A stretch of 64,000 nt of DNA from an uncultured Gammaproteobacteria bacterium (GCA_964498425.1 CAZCGQ010000001.1:99063-163062); one strand, 5' to 3'. Counted from the stretch's first letter, positions 51,198 through 61,387 are shown. Numbers and translations are program-made. Notes: generated by a model not told the origin, from the letters alone.

Positions 51198-51906
51198 GGT
51201 TATCAGATTTGCCGTCAGCCAAATAGTGGTCAATAACATCAACTTCCAATGGACTGAGCATTCTTTGCATTTCTTTCTCATCAAGATGATGGCAGTAGCG
51301 GTAAGCCCGTGCTCCCCTTTTCCAGTCCAAGATATAATCGTTTTTTTCTAAGTCCTCGGAATTAAGTCCAACCTTTTCCGGGTCGATAACTTTTTTTCTA
51401 AACCGCTTTTTATCAGCAAATTGCCAAAAAGTAATAACGAGAACCCCCTGACTGGTTAAATTGCCAAGCAATTCTTTGACTAAACTTTGCCGAAATTGAA
51501 ATGACGGCAAATGATGAAACAAACCAAAGGCGACAATCAAATTGTGATTATCGGAAAGTGAATCTAACCCATCAACGAGGTCAATTTGATTCAACTGATA
51601 ATTAACATTGGTTGAAGACAATCGTTGTTCGGCCTTATCTAACATCTGCTGATTAAAATCCAAACCGAGGTAATTAACTGAACAATCCTTAACCCTATCA
51701 TCTAAAAATTGACCGAACCGGCCGTTGCCGCAGCCCAGGTCAATAACTTCTAAAGACTCATCTCTGGCAACAAGGACATTGATATAAGGGAGGAGCTTTT
51801 CCCAGCCCGACCAAAAATAGGACCGGGATTGGCTAAACTCATCAGCAGTTTGTTGATAAAATTCTCGATTTAATTGGTTTAATTTTTTAACTGTTTGTTT
51901 GTTCAT
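51157..51906 (-). CDS. Class I SAM-dependent methyltransferase
   Basis: Motif I VIDLGCGNGRFG. Confidence 0.7.
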   Translation of the reverse strand: MNKQTVKKLNQLNREFYQQTADEFSQSRSYFWSGWEKLLPYINVLVARDESLEVIDLGCGNGRFGQFLDDRVKDCSVNYLGLDFNQQMLDKAEQRLSSTNVNYQLNQIDLVDGLDSLSDNHNLIVAFGLFHHLPSFQFRQSLVKELLGNLTSQGVLVITFWQFADKKRFRKKVIDPEKVGLNSEDLEKNDYILDWKRGARAYRYCHHLDEKEMQRMLSPLEVDVIDHYLADGKSDNLNRYLVLSNPGRE

Positions 51907-52009
51907 TTACTAATTACGCAACACCTCGGAGGAGTGATTTCTCCCACCATCCGAGGAGTCGCTTAACTCTTGATATAATTGTAAGGATAATCCCCGGATT
52001 GTCCCAACA

Positions 52010-53638
52010 ATGTCAAATAAAAATTTAATTAAATTAATCAAAGGGCTGGAAAAGAACCGGCCGATAACCAAAAAGAAACTATATAACCTTCAACGGAAGT
52101 ATACCAAAGAAGGCGGAGACCTGTATTCTAAAGTTGACATTATTACCGCTTACAAGCAGTTAGCCGGCAGTCAAGGCCTTGGTAAATATGACCCGAGCCT
52201 AGTAACCGAAATCAGAAAAAAGCCGTCACGGACCACTTCTGGAGTAACTCCAGTAACTGTTTTAACTAAACCCTACCCCTGCCCGGGACAATGTATATTT
52301 TGCCCGGAGCCAGATGAAATGCCCAAAAGCTATTTGCCCAGCGAGCCGGGCAGTCAGCGGGCTGAACGCAATCAATTTGACCCCTACCTTCAAACTTATA
52401 ACCGAGTTCAAACTTTAGCTAACATGGGTCACCCAATTGACAAAATTGAACTGATAATTTTAGGGGGAACCTGGTCGGCCTACCCGAAAAAATACCAGAT
52501 TTGGTTTATCCGGCAGTGCTTTCGGGCTTTAAATGACATTCAATCTCAGAAAACAAATCTTAAATCCTTAGATTACCGGCGGGATCAACCCGAAACAAGC
52601 AGTTGGGAAGAATTGCAAACGGCTATGCAGAAAAACGAAACTGCTTTGGCCAGGAACGTTGGTCTGGTTGTTGAAACCAGGCCGGATTTTATTACCCAGG
52701 AAGAGGTTGTCCGGCTGAGAAAATTGGGGGCAACCAAAATTCAACTCGGTATTCAGTTCCTTGACGATGAAATACTGGCAATGAATAAACGCGGCCATGG
52801 AGTGAAAGAAATAGCAAGTGCCTTTTTCCTACTCCGGTCCGCCGGATTTAAAATCCAGGCTCATTGGATGGTTAACCTCTACGGATCAAATCCGGAAATG
52901 GATAAAGAAAATTATTTAAAAATATTTAGTGACCATCGATTTAAGCCCGATGAACTAAAAATTTATCCCTGTTCACTGCTGGCTGATACGGAGTTATTTA
53001 CGCTCCATCAACAAGGAAAATGGCGGCCGTATAATCATCAAAAATTGGTTGATATTTTAAAATTCTGCTTAACTAATACTCCGCGTTACTGCCGCTTAAA
53101 CCGGGTAATCCGGGATATTCCGTCACCGGAAATAATTGCTGGGAACAAATTGACTAATTTACGGCAAGTTGTTGAAGAAGCAATTGCCAAATCTAAAAAG
53201 AACTTAGTTGAAATTCGGTCAAGAGAAATCGGTCAAGAAGAATTCGATTCAGAAAGTATTAAACTTAAATCAACCCAATATCAAACTGCCGACAGCAAGG
53301 AAGTCTTTCTAGAGTACATAACTCCCAACGACGATTTACTCGGCTTTTTGCGTTTAAGCCTGCCAGAAAAAAAAGCCTGGCTTAATCAGCTAAAAGACTG
53401 CTCAATTATCCGGGAGGTTCACGTTTACGGTCAATCCACTCCCCTCGGAGCAGAACAAACCAAAGCAGCACAACATACCGGTTTAGGAACAAAACTTATT
53501 ACAGAAGCTAAAAAAGTCAGTCAAAAGAATAACTATTCTAAAATGGCGGTAATTTCCGCCGTAGGAACTAGAGAATATTATCGTAAGCTAGGTTTTTCAG
53601 ACGGGAAGTTATATCAAAAATCAGTTACAAGAACCTGA
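52010..53638 (+). CDS. Elp3-like radical SAM plus GNAT protein (tRNA modification, elongator Elp3 homolog)
   Basis: Radical-SAM Cys triad CPGQCIFC (Cx3Cx2C); C-terminal GNAT motif VYGQSTPLGAEQTKAAQHTGLGTKLI; 542 aa. Confidence 0.7.
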   Translation: MSNKNLIKLIKGLEKNRPITKKKLYNLQRKYTKEGGDLYSKVDIITAYKQLAGSQGLGKYDPSLVTEIRKKPSRTTSGVTPVTVLTKPYPCPGQCIFCPEPDEMPKSYLPSEPGSQRAERNQFDPYLQTYNRVQTLANMGHPIDKIELIILGGTWSAYPKKYQIWFIRQCFRALNDIQSQKTNLKSLDYRRDQPETSSWEELQTAMQKNETALARNVGLVVETRPDFITQEEVVRLRKLGATKIQLGIQFLDDEILAMNKRGHGVKEIASAFFLLRSAGFKIQAHWMVNLYGSNPEMDKENYLKIFSDHRFKPDELKIYPCSLLADTELFTLHQQGKWRPYNHQKLVDILKFCLTNTPRYCRLNRVIRDIPSPEIIAGNKLTNLRQVVEEAIAKSKKNLVEIRSREIGQEEFDSESIKLKSTQYQTADSKEVFLEYITPNDDLLGFLRLSLPEKKAWLNQLKDCSIIREVHVYGQSTPLGAEQTKAAQHTGLGTKLITEAKKVSQKNNYSKMAVISAVGTREYYRKLGFSDGKLYQKSVTRT

Positions 53639-54589
53639 AGCAGCCGGTGCATCAGCAGAACCTTCCAACTCTGTTTCACAAGCCTCTGGTGCTTCGGTAA
53701 AGGCACCGCAAATTGCACCCTTATACCCTTCTTCGCTTCTTTCCCCGTTGAATTTAACACCGTTGATAACTAACGCAGGAGAACCGGTAACACCATACTC
53801 ATCGGTTAACTTAACCTCTTCTTCGGCTAGAGCTAACTTTTTATCATTAAAGCAAGATTCTACTGTAGTGGCGTTTACACCAACTGTTTGAGCCGCTGTC
53901 TTCCAGCAAGTTTCAACATCATCAGTTGTACAATCTTGATTAACCTGGTCAATGTACCCCCAATACTTATCCTTTTGATTTTCATAAACACACAGCTCAC
54001 GAATATGTTGATTAGCTTCGTTGACGCCGTGCATAGCACAATACTTGCTCTCTTCGTCAATACAATAATCCGGTCCGCCGCCTTGATAATTGTCATAGAA
54101 AATATAATGTGGTTCAATCTCAACTGCGTCTCCAAGTAAATCTATCACCGGCATGATTAAATCCTCTGCTTGATTACCGTAGGGGCAAAAGGACATTGTA
54201 AATAATTCTACTGTTGGCTTATCAGACTGAGGAATTTCTTGAGGTTCTTGAGCGGTTTGATTTCCGCCTTCTTCGGCGTCTTTCATGCTAACTCCCGTGG
54301 TAAAGAACATTGATTGATCGGTTGTCATGTAAGAAGTATATTCCTGGCCGCCAACTTCTAATTTAATTTCATACAAACCGTTTTTCTTAGTCACTTCTTT
54401 AACCTCAAAATTGTCTTGCATTTCAGGATTAAGGAGATTGGTAGAAATAAACTCAGAAGCTACACCCTTGATTTTTTCCGGGTTACTGGCTGCTAAGGGA
54501 TTTTGGGTAAAGCCTTGGGTTAAGACGGCTACTGCCAAAGCAACAACCAGTCCAATTACGAGTTTATTTTTCTTGACGAGTTCTTCCAT
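53621..54589 (-). CDS. Secreted thioredoxin-fold DsbA-like protein
   Basis: Signal anchor; SFCPYGN at the CxxC position; DsbA-like YGVTGSPALVING. Confidence 0.45.
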   Translation of the reverse strand: MEELVKKNKLVIGLVVALAVAVLTQGFTQNPLAASNPEKIKGVASEFISTNLLNPEMQDNFEVKEVTKKNGLYEIKLEVGGQEYTSYMTTDQSMFFTTGVSMKDAEEGGNQTAQEPQEIPQSDKPTVELFTMSFCPYGNQAEDLIMPVIDLLGDAVEIEPHYIFYDNYQGGGPDYCIDEESKYCAMHGVNEANQHIRELCVYENQKDKYWGYIDQVNQDCTTDDVETCWKTAAQTVGVNATTVESCFNDKKLALAEEEVKLTDEYGVTGSPALVINGVKFNGERSEEGYKGAICGAFTEAPEACETELEGSADAPAASGSCN

Positions 54590-54627
54590 AATCCTTACTC
54601 TAACACAAAAAATTAATTTGTCAAAAA

Positions 54628-55020
54628 CTACTTTTTACGAAAGAAAAACTTCCGCTTTTTCTTAGGATTATCTTTCTTTTTATTATTATCCTTATCACTA
54701 TCATCCTCTTTTTCAATATTCTTATTTTTTTGATCTTTTGCCATCTTTTCCTTAATTTCAGGAATAACATCAGCCAGTTTTTCTTTCTTTGACCACAAAG
54801 TAGATAAAGTTGCCATCAACGCCATCATACTGAATCCGTCTTTAATTTTTTGCTTAACAAATTGCGATGTTTCTTCGACATCATCGCCAATTTTGGATAC
54901 CTTTTCCGCCGCTCTTCTGACTTCACGAAGAATTAAAATTACCCACACGCCGGCAGTAACAAAAATCGCCGTCAGCGATACAACACAAATGATTAGAATT
55001 ATCTGAATAGTCGATTCCAT
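54628..55020 (-). CDS. Membrane-anchored protein with K/D-rich tail (DUF948-like)
   Basis: N-terminal TM ILIICVVSLTAIFVTAGVWVILIL; charged C-terminus. Confidence 0.4.
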   Translation of the reverse strand: MESTIQIILIICVVSLTAIFVTAGVWVILILREVRRAAEKVSKIGDDVEETSQFVKQKIKDGFSMMALMATLSTLWSKKEKLADVIPEIKEKMAKDQKNKNIEKEDDSDKDNNKKKDNPKKKRKFFFRKK

Positions 55021-55074
55021 TATCTATAAACTACCAACATCCTCTCTCTCCTGTCAAGAAGATGTGCACCCGTT

Positions 55075-55548
55075 TTAACCAGCCATCCTCTTCTCATAGT
55101 ATAGTGCCATTGCGCCTGGTGCCTTCTTTTTCTTATGAGTGAATTCATAACCCAAAGATTCATAAAGGTTGATTGCTGGCAGTGATTGTTCATCATCTCC
55201 TACCCCAAGAATAATTTTTTTAATCCCTTTATTTTTAGCGTATTCTTCTAATATTGATATTAATTTCTTGGCAATACCTTGTCGTCGGTGATCAGGGTGA
55301 ACACGGAGACTTTTCATCTTGGCTATGCGTGAAGAAATAATCTTTAAACCAATCATGCCAACTATTTTATCCTCATTAATATGATCAACTACCCAAAAGT
55401 GGCCCCCTTTATCGAAATAGTCATTTTTAATATTTGCTAAAGGCTTTTTATCCCTAACATAATCATCTAATTGTCCTATCGAAGATCGTTTATTAAGAAT
55501 TTGAACCTTTTCTTTGTCTGCAGACTGATAAGACCGATATTTATACAT
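55075..55548 (-). CDS. GNAT family N-acetyltransferase
   Basis: Acetyl-CoA motif A: LRVHPDHRRQGIAKKLI. Confidence 0.75.
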   Translation of the reverse strand: MYKYRSYQSADKEKVQILNKRSSIGQLDDYVRDKKPLANIKNDYFDKGGHFWVVDHINEDKIVGMIGLKIISSRIAKMKSLRVHPDHRRQGIAKKLISILEEYAKNKGIKKIILGVGDDEQSLPAINLYESLGYEFTHKKKKAPGAMALYYEKRMAG

Positions 55549-55572
55549 TAGTAGGCTAATTCTAACAAATTC

Positions 55573-55598
55573 AGTACCATGGTTCGAACCATAGTACT
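55573..55598. repeat. Palindromic element family copy 5 (AGTACCATGGTTCGAACCATAGTACT)
   Basis: Sits between the divergent GNAT and HAD genes. Confidence 0.8.
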
Positions 55599-55632
55599 AT
55601 GTAATTAAAATCGTTAATGGTGGTAAAATTAA

Positions 55633-56265
55633 GTGATGAAAAAACCAAATGTTATTGTTTTTGACTTTGACGGGACAATAGCTGACTCCCAAAGGGCAAC
55701 TGAAAAATTATTCAAACTACTTTCTAAAGAATTTGGTTTTGAACAGACTAATTCAAACGGATTTGATATTTATAAAGAAAAAGGAGCACAAGAGGCAATT
55801 CAACTTCTTGGAATCCCAAAGAAAAAACTACCAGCAATTATGGAAAAGTATCGCACTAGTATGTCAAAGCTGTTCAATACTTTTAAACCAATTATGGGCA
55901 TCAAAAATGTTCTTACTGAATTAGAAAAAAACGGATATACCCTAGGTATACTAACCTCTAATTCTGAGGAAAATGTTAATAGGTTTTTAAAAGCTAATAA
56001 AATGGATTTTTTTGAATTTGTTTATTCACAAGGAGAATTATTTGGCAAAGATACAATAATGAAACAAATGCTCGCCGACGAAAACCTATTTGCCGAAAAC
56101 GTTATTTATGTCGGAGATGAATCAAGAGACATTGAATCAGCAAAAAAAGTGAATATTGAAGTTATTGCTGTAACCTGGGGATATAATTCAAGTGAAGTTC
56201 TTAAAAAGTACAAACCAAATTATTTAGTCAATCAACCTAGGGAAATTATCGAGTTGTTAATTTAA
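55633..56265 (+). CDS. HAD-superfamily hydrolase
   Basis: Motif I VIVFDFDGTIADS; later GDESRDIESAKK. Confidence 0.8.
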   Translation: MMKKPNVIVFDFDGTIADSQRATEKLFKLLSKEFGFEQTNSNGFDIYKEKGAQEAIQLLGIPKKKLPAIMEKYRTSMSKLFNTFKPIMGIKNVLTELEKNGYTLGILTSNSEENVNRFLKANKMDFFEFVYSQGELFGKDTIMKQMLADENLFAENVIYVGDESRDIESAKKVNIEVIAVTWGYNSSEVLKKYKPNYLVNQPREIIELLI

Positions 56266-56270
56266 ATAAA

Positions 56271-56903
56271 TTGATTATGAATAATAAAAAGATTGCGGAA
56301 ATAAACCGGCGGGCGTGGAATAGAATAGCTAAACAGAAAAAGGCGGTTCATCCAACTAAGGGTAAAAAAGAAATGTTGGGAAAATTTATTGATCTTCTTC
56401 CGAAAGAGGGAAGGGTTTTAGATTTAGGCTGCGGTGACGGTATACCAATCGGCAAAAAACTAAGCGAAGCAAAATTAAAAGTTGTTGGTATTGATGTTGC
56501 TGATGAAATGATTAAAAAGTACGAAAAAAATGTACCTGGGTCAAAAGCTCTTCGGCTATCAATGACTGAGATTAATTTCAATGAGGAGTTTGACGGAATT
56601 ATCTCCAGCTTCTCTATGCTTAGCCTACCCCCGGATGATTTTAAATTAACCGCTAAAAAAATAATTCGGGCATTAAAACCAAATGGCTGGTTTTTGCTGA
56701 TTTTAAACGAAGGCAGTTCTAAGACAGGTAAGGTGCAAGAAGTTCAAGGCCAGCAGATGTACTCCACCGGAATGTCTGAAAAAGAAGTCCGAAGTGCTTT
56801 TGAAACAAATCAAATGGAAATAATGGAGTTGGTAAGAGAAACTGTTCAGTCCCAAGAATACGGCACTGAACATACCATGATTTTTCTGATGAAAAAAGTC
56901 TAG
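56271..56903 (+). CDS. Class I SAM-dependent methyltransferase
   Basis: Motif I VLDLGCGDGIP; LKPNGWF post-II region. Confidence 0.7.
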   Translation: MIMNNKKIAEINRRAWNRIAKQKKAVHPTKGKKEMLGKFIDLLPKEGRVLDLGCGDGIPIGKKLSEAKLKVVGIDVADEMIKKYEKNVPGSKALRLSMTEINFNEEFDGIISSFSMLSLPPDDFKLTAKKIIRALKPNGWFLLILNEGSSKTGKVQEVQGQQMYSTGMSEKEVRSAFETNQMEIMELVRETVQSQEYGTEHTMIFLMKKV

Positions 56904-57490
56904 TCTAATTCTTTGGTGACTTCGCGGGTGCGGCCGGCGGGTGATTGGACAACAATCCGAAGCTGATTATCATCACGGTTAGCGGTGTAAGTAAACCGAC
57001 CATTTTCATCAAGATTAACTATCTGTTCATCAATTTTTAAAGTAGCCTGAGGGTGGGTTTTGCCGGTAACTACTTTCCCTTGGGAAGTCGGTCGAACATT
57101 ATTGACCCTAACTACTGGTGGGCGAACAAAATTCAGGTATTGGTAAATTAAATAGCCAAGAAAGACAGTAACCAAAAGGCCAGCAGCGATATAGCCCTGC
57201 CATTTTGAAAAAAAATTTAACTTCTGAAAAGAAAATTTTGATTCCTCCTCTGCCTCTTGATAGTCCCGTCGAAAAATTGCCGCCATTTTCTGAGGCGACA
57301 ATTTCAAAAAGTCAGCATATTTTTTAACATAAAGTTGGGCATAAACACCATCAGGCAAGTTTTCAAATTGGTTGTCCTCTATCGCCTGTAGGTACTCTTC
57401 TGGAATTTTTGTCGCCTTAACAACATCCGACAAAGATAGATGTTGTTCAACCCGAGCAGATTTGATTATCTCCCCTGCTTGTTTCATCAA
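56900..57490 (-). CDS. RodZ-like protein (XRE-type HTH plus TM)
   Basis: HTH LSLSDVVKATKIPEEYLQAIE; RodZ-like LPDGVYAQLYVKKYADFL; central TM helix. Confidence 0.6.
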   Translation of the reverse strand: MMKQAGEIIKSARVEQHLSLSDVVKATKIPEEYLQAIEDNQFENLPDGVYAQLYVKKYADFLKLSPQKMAAIFRRDYQEAEEESKFSFQKLNFFSKWQGYIAAGLLVTVFLGYLIYQYLNFVRPPVVRVNNVRPTSQGKVVTGKTHPQATLKIDEQIVNLDENGRFTYTANRDDNQLRIVVQSPAGRTREVTKELD

Positions 57491-57493
57491 AGT

Positions 57494-59566
57494 TTACTTA
57501 ATAACTTCCCGGGCTTTGGAACCGCGAGCTGGACCAACAATTCCAGCAGCATGAAGCTGGTCTAATATGCGAGCGGCCCGAGCATAACCAACATGAAGTT
57601 TACGTTGAATCAACGAGGCTGAACCCTTATCAGCAGCAATTACCAATTGTTTGGCCTCATCAAACAACTCATCGCGTTCTTCTCCATCAATTAAAACGGT
57701 ACTTTCCGTTACCGGAACCGGCTGTTTAACTACCTCTTTCTGGTAATCAGTTCCTCCTTGTTCTTTGAGGAAATCAACCAACTCATCAACTTCCTGGTCA
57801 GTGATAAACGGACCTTGAATACGAGACGGCTTAGCCTGATCAGGTGGAATAAAGAGCATGTCGCCCTTACCCAATAATTTCTCGGCTCCGGGCATGTCTA
57901 AAATAACTCGGGAATCGGCATTACTGGCAACAGCAAAGGAAATTCGGGAAGGGATATTCGCCTTAATCAACCCGGTGATAACGTCAACCGACGGCCGCTG
58001 AGTTGCTAAAATTAAATGAATACCCGTCGCCCGCGCCATCTGAGCTAACCGGCAAATTTTGTCTTCAACCTCAGACGGTGCGTGAAGCATAATATCAGCT
58101 AACTCGTCAACAATAATAATCACGTAAGGCAGACGCTCATCCTCTTCAACGGTTTGATTGTAAAGTTCCAAATTTCTCGCCTTTCTCTTAGCCAACAACT
58201 CATATCGCCTATCCATTTCCTTAATCGCCCATTTAAAGGCCGAAATAACTTTATCCGGTGCTGTTAAAACCGGCGTTAATAGATGAGGAATATCATCAAA
58301 TCTAGTTAACTCCACCCGTTTTGGATCAACTAAAATCAGCCTGACTTCATCCGGCGTCGACCTAAAAAGAAGGGTTGAAATAAGCGAACTTAAAAGGACA
58401 CTTTTTCCTGACCCAGTTTGACCAGCAACCAACATATGCGGCATTTTGGCAATGTTAATTATTCTTGGTTGATTGGAAACATCCAATCCTAAGGGAATTG
58501 AAATTTTTGATTCTGCTTTATCCATCTCGTCGGTAACCAACATTTCCTGCAAAGAAACGATTGCCGATGATTTATTAGGAACTTCAATCCCAACTAATGA
58601 CCGACCCGGAATTGGGGCCTGAATACGGATTTGGCCGGTTGGAGCAGCTAAAGCCAAAGCTAAGTCTTCTGCCCGGGACGTTATTTTCGATAATTTTGTC
58701 CCCAAAGCAACCTTTAAACCGTACTGGGTAACTGCTGGTCCTTTGTTAACTTCTTTAACCCTGGCCGTGATTCCAAATGATTCTAAGGTTTCTTCAATGA
58801 TATTGGCGTTAGCATTAACATTACCCCGATCTGCCTGACTGTCCAAGTCTTGACGAAGTATCGACATTGGCGGATACTCCCACTCACCGCTACTACCGGA
58901 GGTTGTTATTGCACTGATTTCAATATCCTTGTCTTCACCTCCACCAGCGGCTTTTGGTTGCTGACTGGTTGATAAAGCCGGCTGAGGTTGGGGCTTAGGT
59001 TGGGGTTGTGGTGACGGCTTGGATACTTTAGCTTCTTCGTCTTCACCAACAAAGGCAGGTTTCTTTTTCTTTTTGGGCTGACCAACAATATACTTTTTAA
59101 TAGTTTTCAATATCTGACCGAAAAACTCAAAAATTTCCTGAAGTGAAGAATTAAACATAACCACTAAACCTATTAAAACTCCACCAAAAAAAACAAAAAT
59201 ACCTCCTGCCGGAGTAATTAAGTAGGCTGTTTGTTGCCAAATCCAAACCCCAATTACCCCAGACCGGCCAACACCAAGAAGACACAAAAAGATAATTACT
59301 GCTCCAATAAGAACAGTCGGCTGACGAAGCGGAGTTTTCATCTGGCTGAAAATAATTGCTATTAAGAAAAATAAGGCCGGCAAAAAAACTGCCGCAAAGC
59401 CAAAATACTGGGTAAACCAATCATTTAACTTAATTAAAACCGCCCCTTGGCGTAAAAAACCAAAGATGGTAACTACCCCAAGGAGACCGAACCCTAATGC
59501 AGCAATTGACATTAGGGCCTTCTTTTTTAGTTTTGGTTTTGACTTTTTCTTTTTTTTCTTAGCCAT
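57494..59566 (-). CDS. ftsK: DNA translocase FtsK/SpoIIIE
   Basis: N-terminal TM helices, PQP linker, Walker A LVAGQTGSGKS, Walker B IIIVDELADIM, gamma (winged-helix) C-terminus LIQRKLHVGYARAARILDQL. The ATG at 59566 (MAKKKKKK) is preferred over the TTG-extended 59608. Confidence 0.93.
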   Translation of the reverse strand: MAKKKKKKSKPKLKKKALMSIAALGFGLLGVVTIFGFLRQGAVLIKLNDWFTQYFGFAAVFLPALFFLIAIIFSQMKTPLRQPTVLIGAVIIFLCLLGVGRSGVIGVWIWQQTAYLITPAGGIFVFFGGVLIGLVVMFNSSLQEIFEFFGQILKTIKKYIVGQPKKKKKPAFVGEDEEAKVSKPSPQPQPKPQPQPALSTSQQPKAAGGGEDKDIEISAITTSGSSGEWEYPPMSILRQDLDSQADRGNVNANANIIEETLESFGITARVKEVNKGPAVTQYGLKVALGTKLSKITSRAEDLALALAAPTGQIRIQAPIPGRSLVGIEVPNKSSAIVSLQEMLVTDEMDKAESKISIPLGLDVSNQPRIINIAKMPHMLVAGQTGSGKSVLLSSLISTLLFRSTPDEVRLILVDPKRVELTRFDDIPHLLTPVLTAPDKVISAFKWAIKEMDRRYELLAKRKARNLELYNQTVEEDERLPYVIIIVDELADIMLHAPSEVEDKICRLAQMARATGIHLILATQRPSVDVITGLIKANIPSRISFAVASNADSRVILDMPGAEKLLGKGDMLFIPPDQAKPSRIQGPFITDQEVDELVDFLKEQGGTDYQKEVVKQPVPVTESTVLIDGEERDELFDEAKQLVIAADKGSASLIQRKLHVGYARAARILDQLHAAGIVGPARGSKAREVIK

Positions 59567-59573
59567 GTTTATT

Positions 59574-59603
59574 TGTAAGGACAATCCTAGGATTGTCCCT
59601 ACA
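59574..59603. promoter_or_regulatory. 30-bp palindrome (20-bp perfect core GGACAATCCTAGGATTGTCC) between the rnj stop and the ftsK start
   Basis: tgtaaggacaatcctaggattgtccctaca has one mismatch over 30 bp. It sits 8 nt upstream of the ftsK ATG and is not followed by a U-run on the minus strand. Confidence 0.5.
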
Positions 59604-59609
59604 TACAAC

Positions 59610-61292
59610 TTATACTTCTAATATCACTGGTAGGATAATTGGTTCTCTGCCAGTTTTATTTTTAACAAACTCTTCCAGCTGGCCTTGAACGGCATGGCGA
59701 ACAGTTTGATAATCAAAAGTTGGTTCACTCGCTTCCTTATAAAGTTTACCAGCTTCTTTTTCGATTTCCCCTAACAGCTGTTTACTTTCTTTCAAGTAAA
59801 CAAATCCCCGTGAGGCCACCGTTGGTTTATCAACCAACTGGTAATTTTCACTGCTGGCTAAAAGGATGATAACTAAAATACCATCTTCAGCTAAAATTCG
59901 CCTGTCTCGGAGAACTGTCTTCCCGACATCTCCAATGCCCAAACCGTCAATTAGAACCCGGCGATTTCGATGACGATAGGAAAGATCAATTCCTCCATCA
60001 GTGCTAAAAGTTGGCATGACGTCTTCTCTGGGGATAATAACTTTTTTCTCGCTAACTCCCATCTTACCAATTAATTCACGGTACTTATGAGCGTGCCGCC
60101 ATTCTCCACCGATCGGAATATAGTATTCCGGCTTAACTAAATCCGCTAAAAGGGACAGCTCTCGCTGATAACCGTGACCGGAAACATGAAGAGTTTCTCC
60201 CAGTTCTTCATAAACAACCTCAGCTCCCTGTTTAAACAAATCGTTAATTAACCGGAAAACGGCACCCGATGTTCCTGGAACGTAATCTGGTGAAGAAAAG
60301 ATAAAGGTATCCCCTTCCCGCACTTTCAAAGAGTGCTTGCCAAGAACAACCCTATCCAGACTTGATCCGGTTTGACCAAGACTGCCGGCAATTAAAAAGG
60401 TTATTTTATCCTCAGGCATCTTTTTAGCCTGGTGATAGTTAACTAAATCCCCCTTATGCAGGTTTTTCAAATAACCAAGCTTTTTGGCAACATCAACATT
60501 TTTCTGAATTGACATTCCAACTAAAGCAATTTTCCTGCCGTCTTTCTTCGAAGCTTCAATTGCCGCTTCCCAACGGTAAATATTTGAGGATATTGCCGTT
60601 ACAAAAACCCGGCCTTTTGCCCGATTAATCTCATCGTTAAACGGCTGATTTAAAATTGATTCTGACGGAGAATGACCCTGCTTCTCCGCGCCCAAACAAT
60701 CAGAGAGCATACAAGTTACTCCCTTTTTGCCAAATTCGGCTATTTTGTCAACCTGAGGCAAAACTCCATCTGGCGGGGTGAAATCCAACTTGAAATCCGC
60801 CCCGTGATAAAAGTTGCCAACTGGGGTTTGAATTAACAAGTGGTAACTATCCGGCAAGGAATGTGTTACCCGGGCAGAGTCAATCTTAAATTGGCCCATT
60901 TTAACCGGTTTGTTTTCATTATATTCCTTTACCGGAGCAGAAATATTTTTCTCCTCAAATTTTCCCCGAATTAAAGCTGCCGCTAATCGCGGCCCATATA
61001 CGGGGATATTTGACGGTAAATCGGGCATTAAGAAGGGCAAAGCCCCAATGTGGTCCTCATGTCCGTGAGTAACCAAAATTCCCTGAATCTTATTTTTCCG
61101 GCTTAAAACATAATCAAAATCAGGAATAATTAAATCTACTCCCAAAGTTGACCGTTCCGGAAAACCCATTCCACAATCAACAATTAATAATTGGTCATTT
61201 TTTTCTTGACCATTTGGCAAATAATGATAAACATACATATTTGCCGTAACGCCAGTAAACTGGCTTAAAGATACTATACGTAATTTGTCCAT
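59610..61292 (-). CDS. rnj: Ribonuclease J
   Basis: Metallo-beta-lactamase HGHEDHIGA, beta-CASP region; 560 aa. Confidence 0.88.
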   Translation of the reverse strand: MDKLRIVSLSQFTGVTANMYVYHYLPNGQEKNDQLLIVDCGMGFPERSTLGVDLIIPDFDYVLSRKNKIQGILVTHGHEDHIGALPFLMPDLPSNIPVYGPRLAAALIRGKFEEKNISAPVKEYNENKPVKMGQFKIDSARVTHSLPDSYHLLIQTPVGNFYHGADFKLDFTPPDGVLPQVDKIAEFGKKGVTCMLSDCLGAEKQGHSPSESILNQPFNDEINRAKGRVFVTAISSNIYRWEAAIEASKKDGRKIALVGMSIQKNVDVAKKLGYLKNLHKGDLVNYHQAKKMPEDKITFLIAGSLGQTGSSLDRVVLGKHSLKVREGDTFIFSSPDYVPGTSGAVFRLINDLFKQGAEVVYEELGETLHVSGHGYQRELSLLADLVKPEYYIPIGGEWRHAHKYRELIGKMGVSEKKVIIPREDVMPTFSTDGGIDLSYRHRNRRVLIDGLGIGDVGKTVLRDRRILAEDGILVIILLASSENYQLVDKPTVASRGFVYLKESKQLLGEIEKEAGKLYKEASEPTFDYQTVRHAVQGQLEEFVKNKTGREPIILPVILEV

Positions 61293-61387
61293 AATATTCC
61301 TTTCTAGCCTAGTAAGGCTAAATTCGAATTTCGAATATCGAAACTCGAAATAATAACTAATAATAAATTTTCAAAATAATAAACTAA

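Noticed and set aside
61320-61350. Reiterated tcgaa(t/a)t motifs (ttcgaatttcgaatatcgaaactcgaaat) upstream of rnj
   Set aside because: Short AT-rich simple repeat in a promoter-like spacer. I found no second copy or structure to support a specific function.
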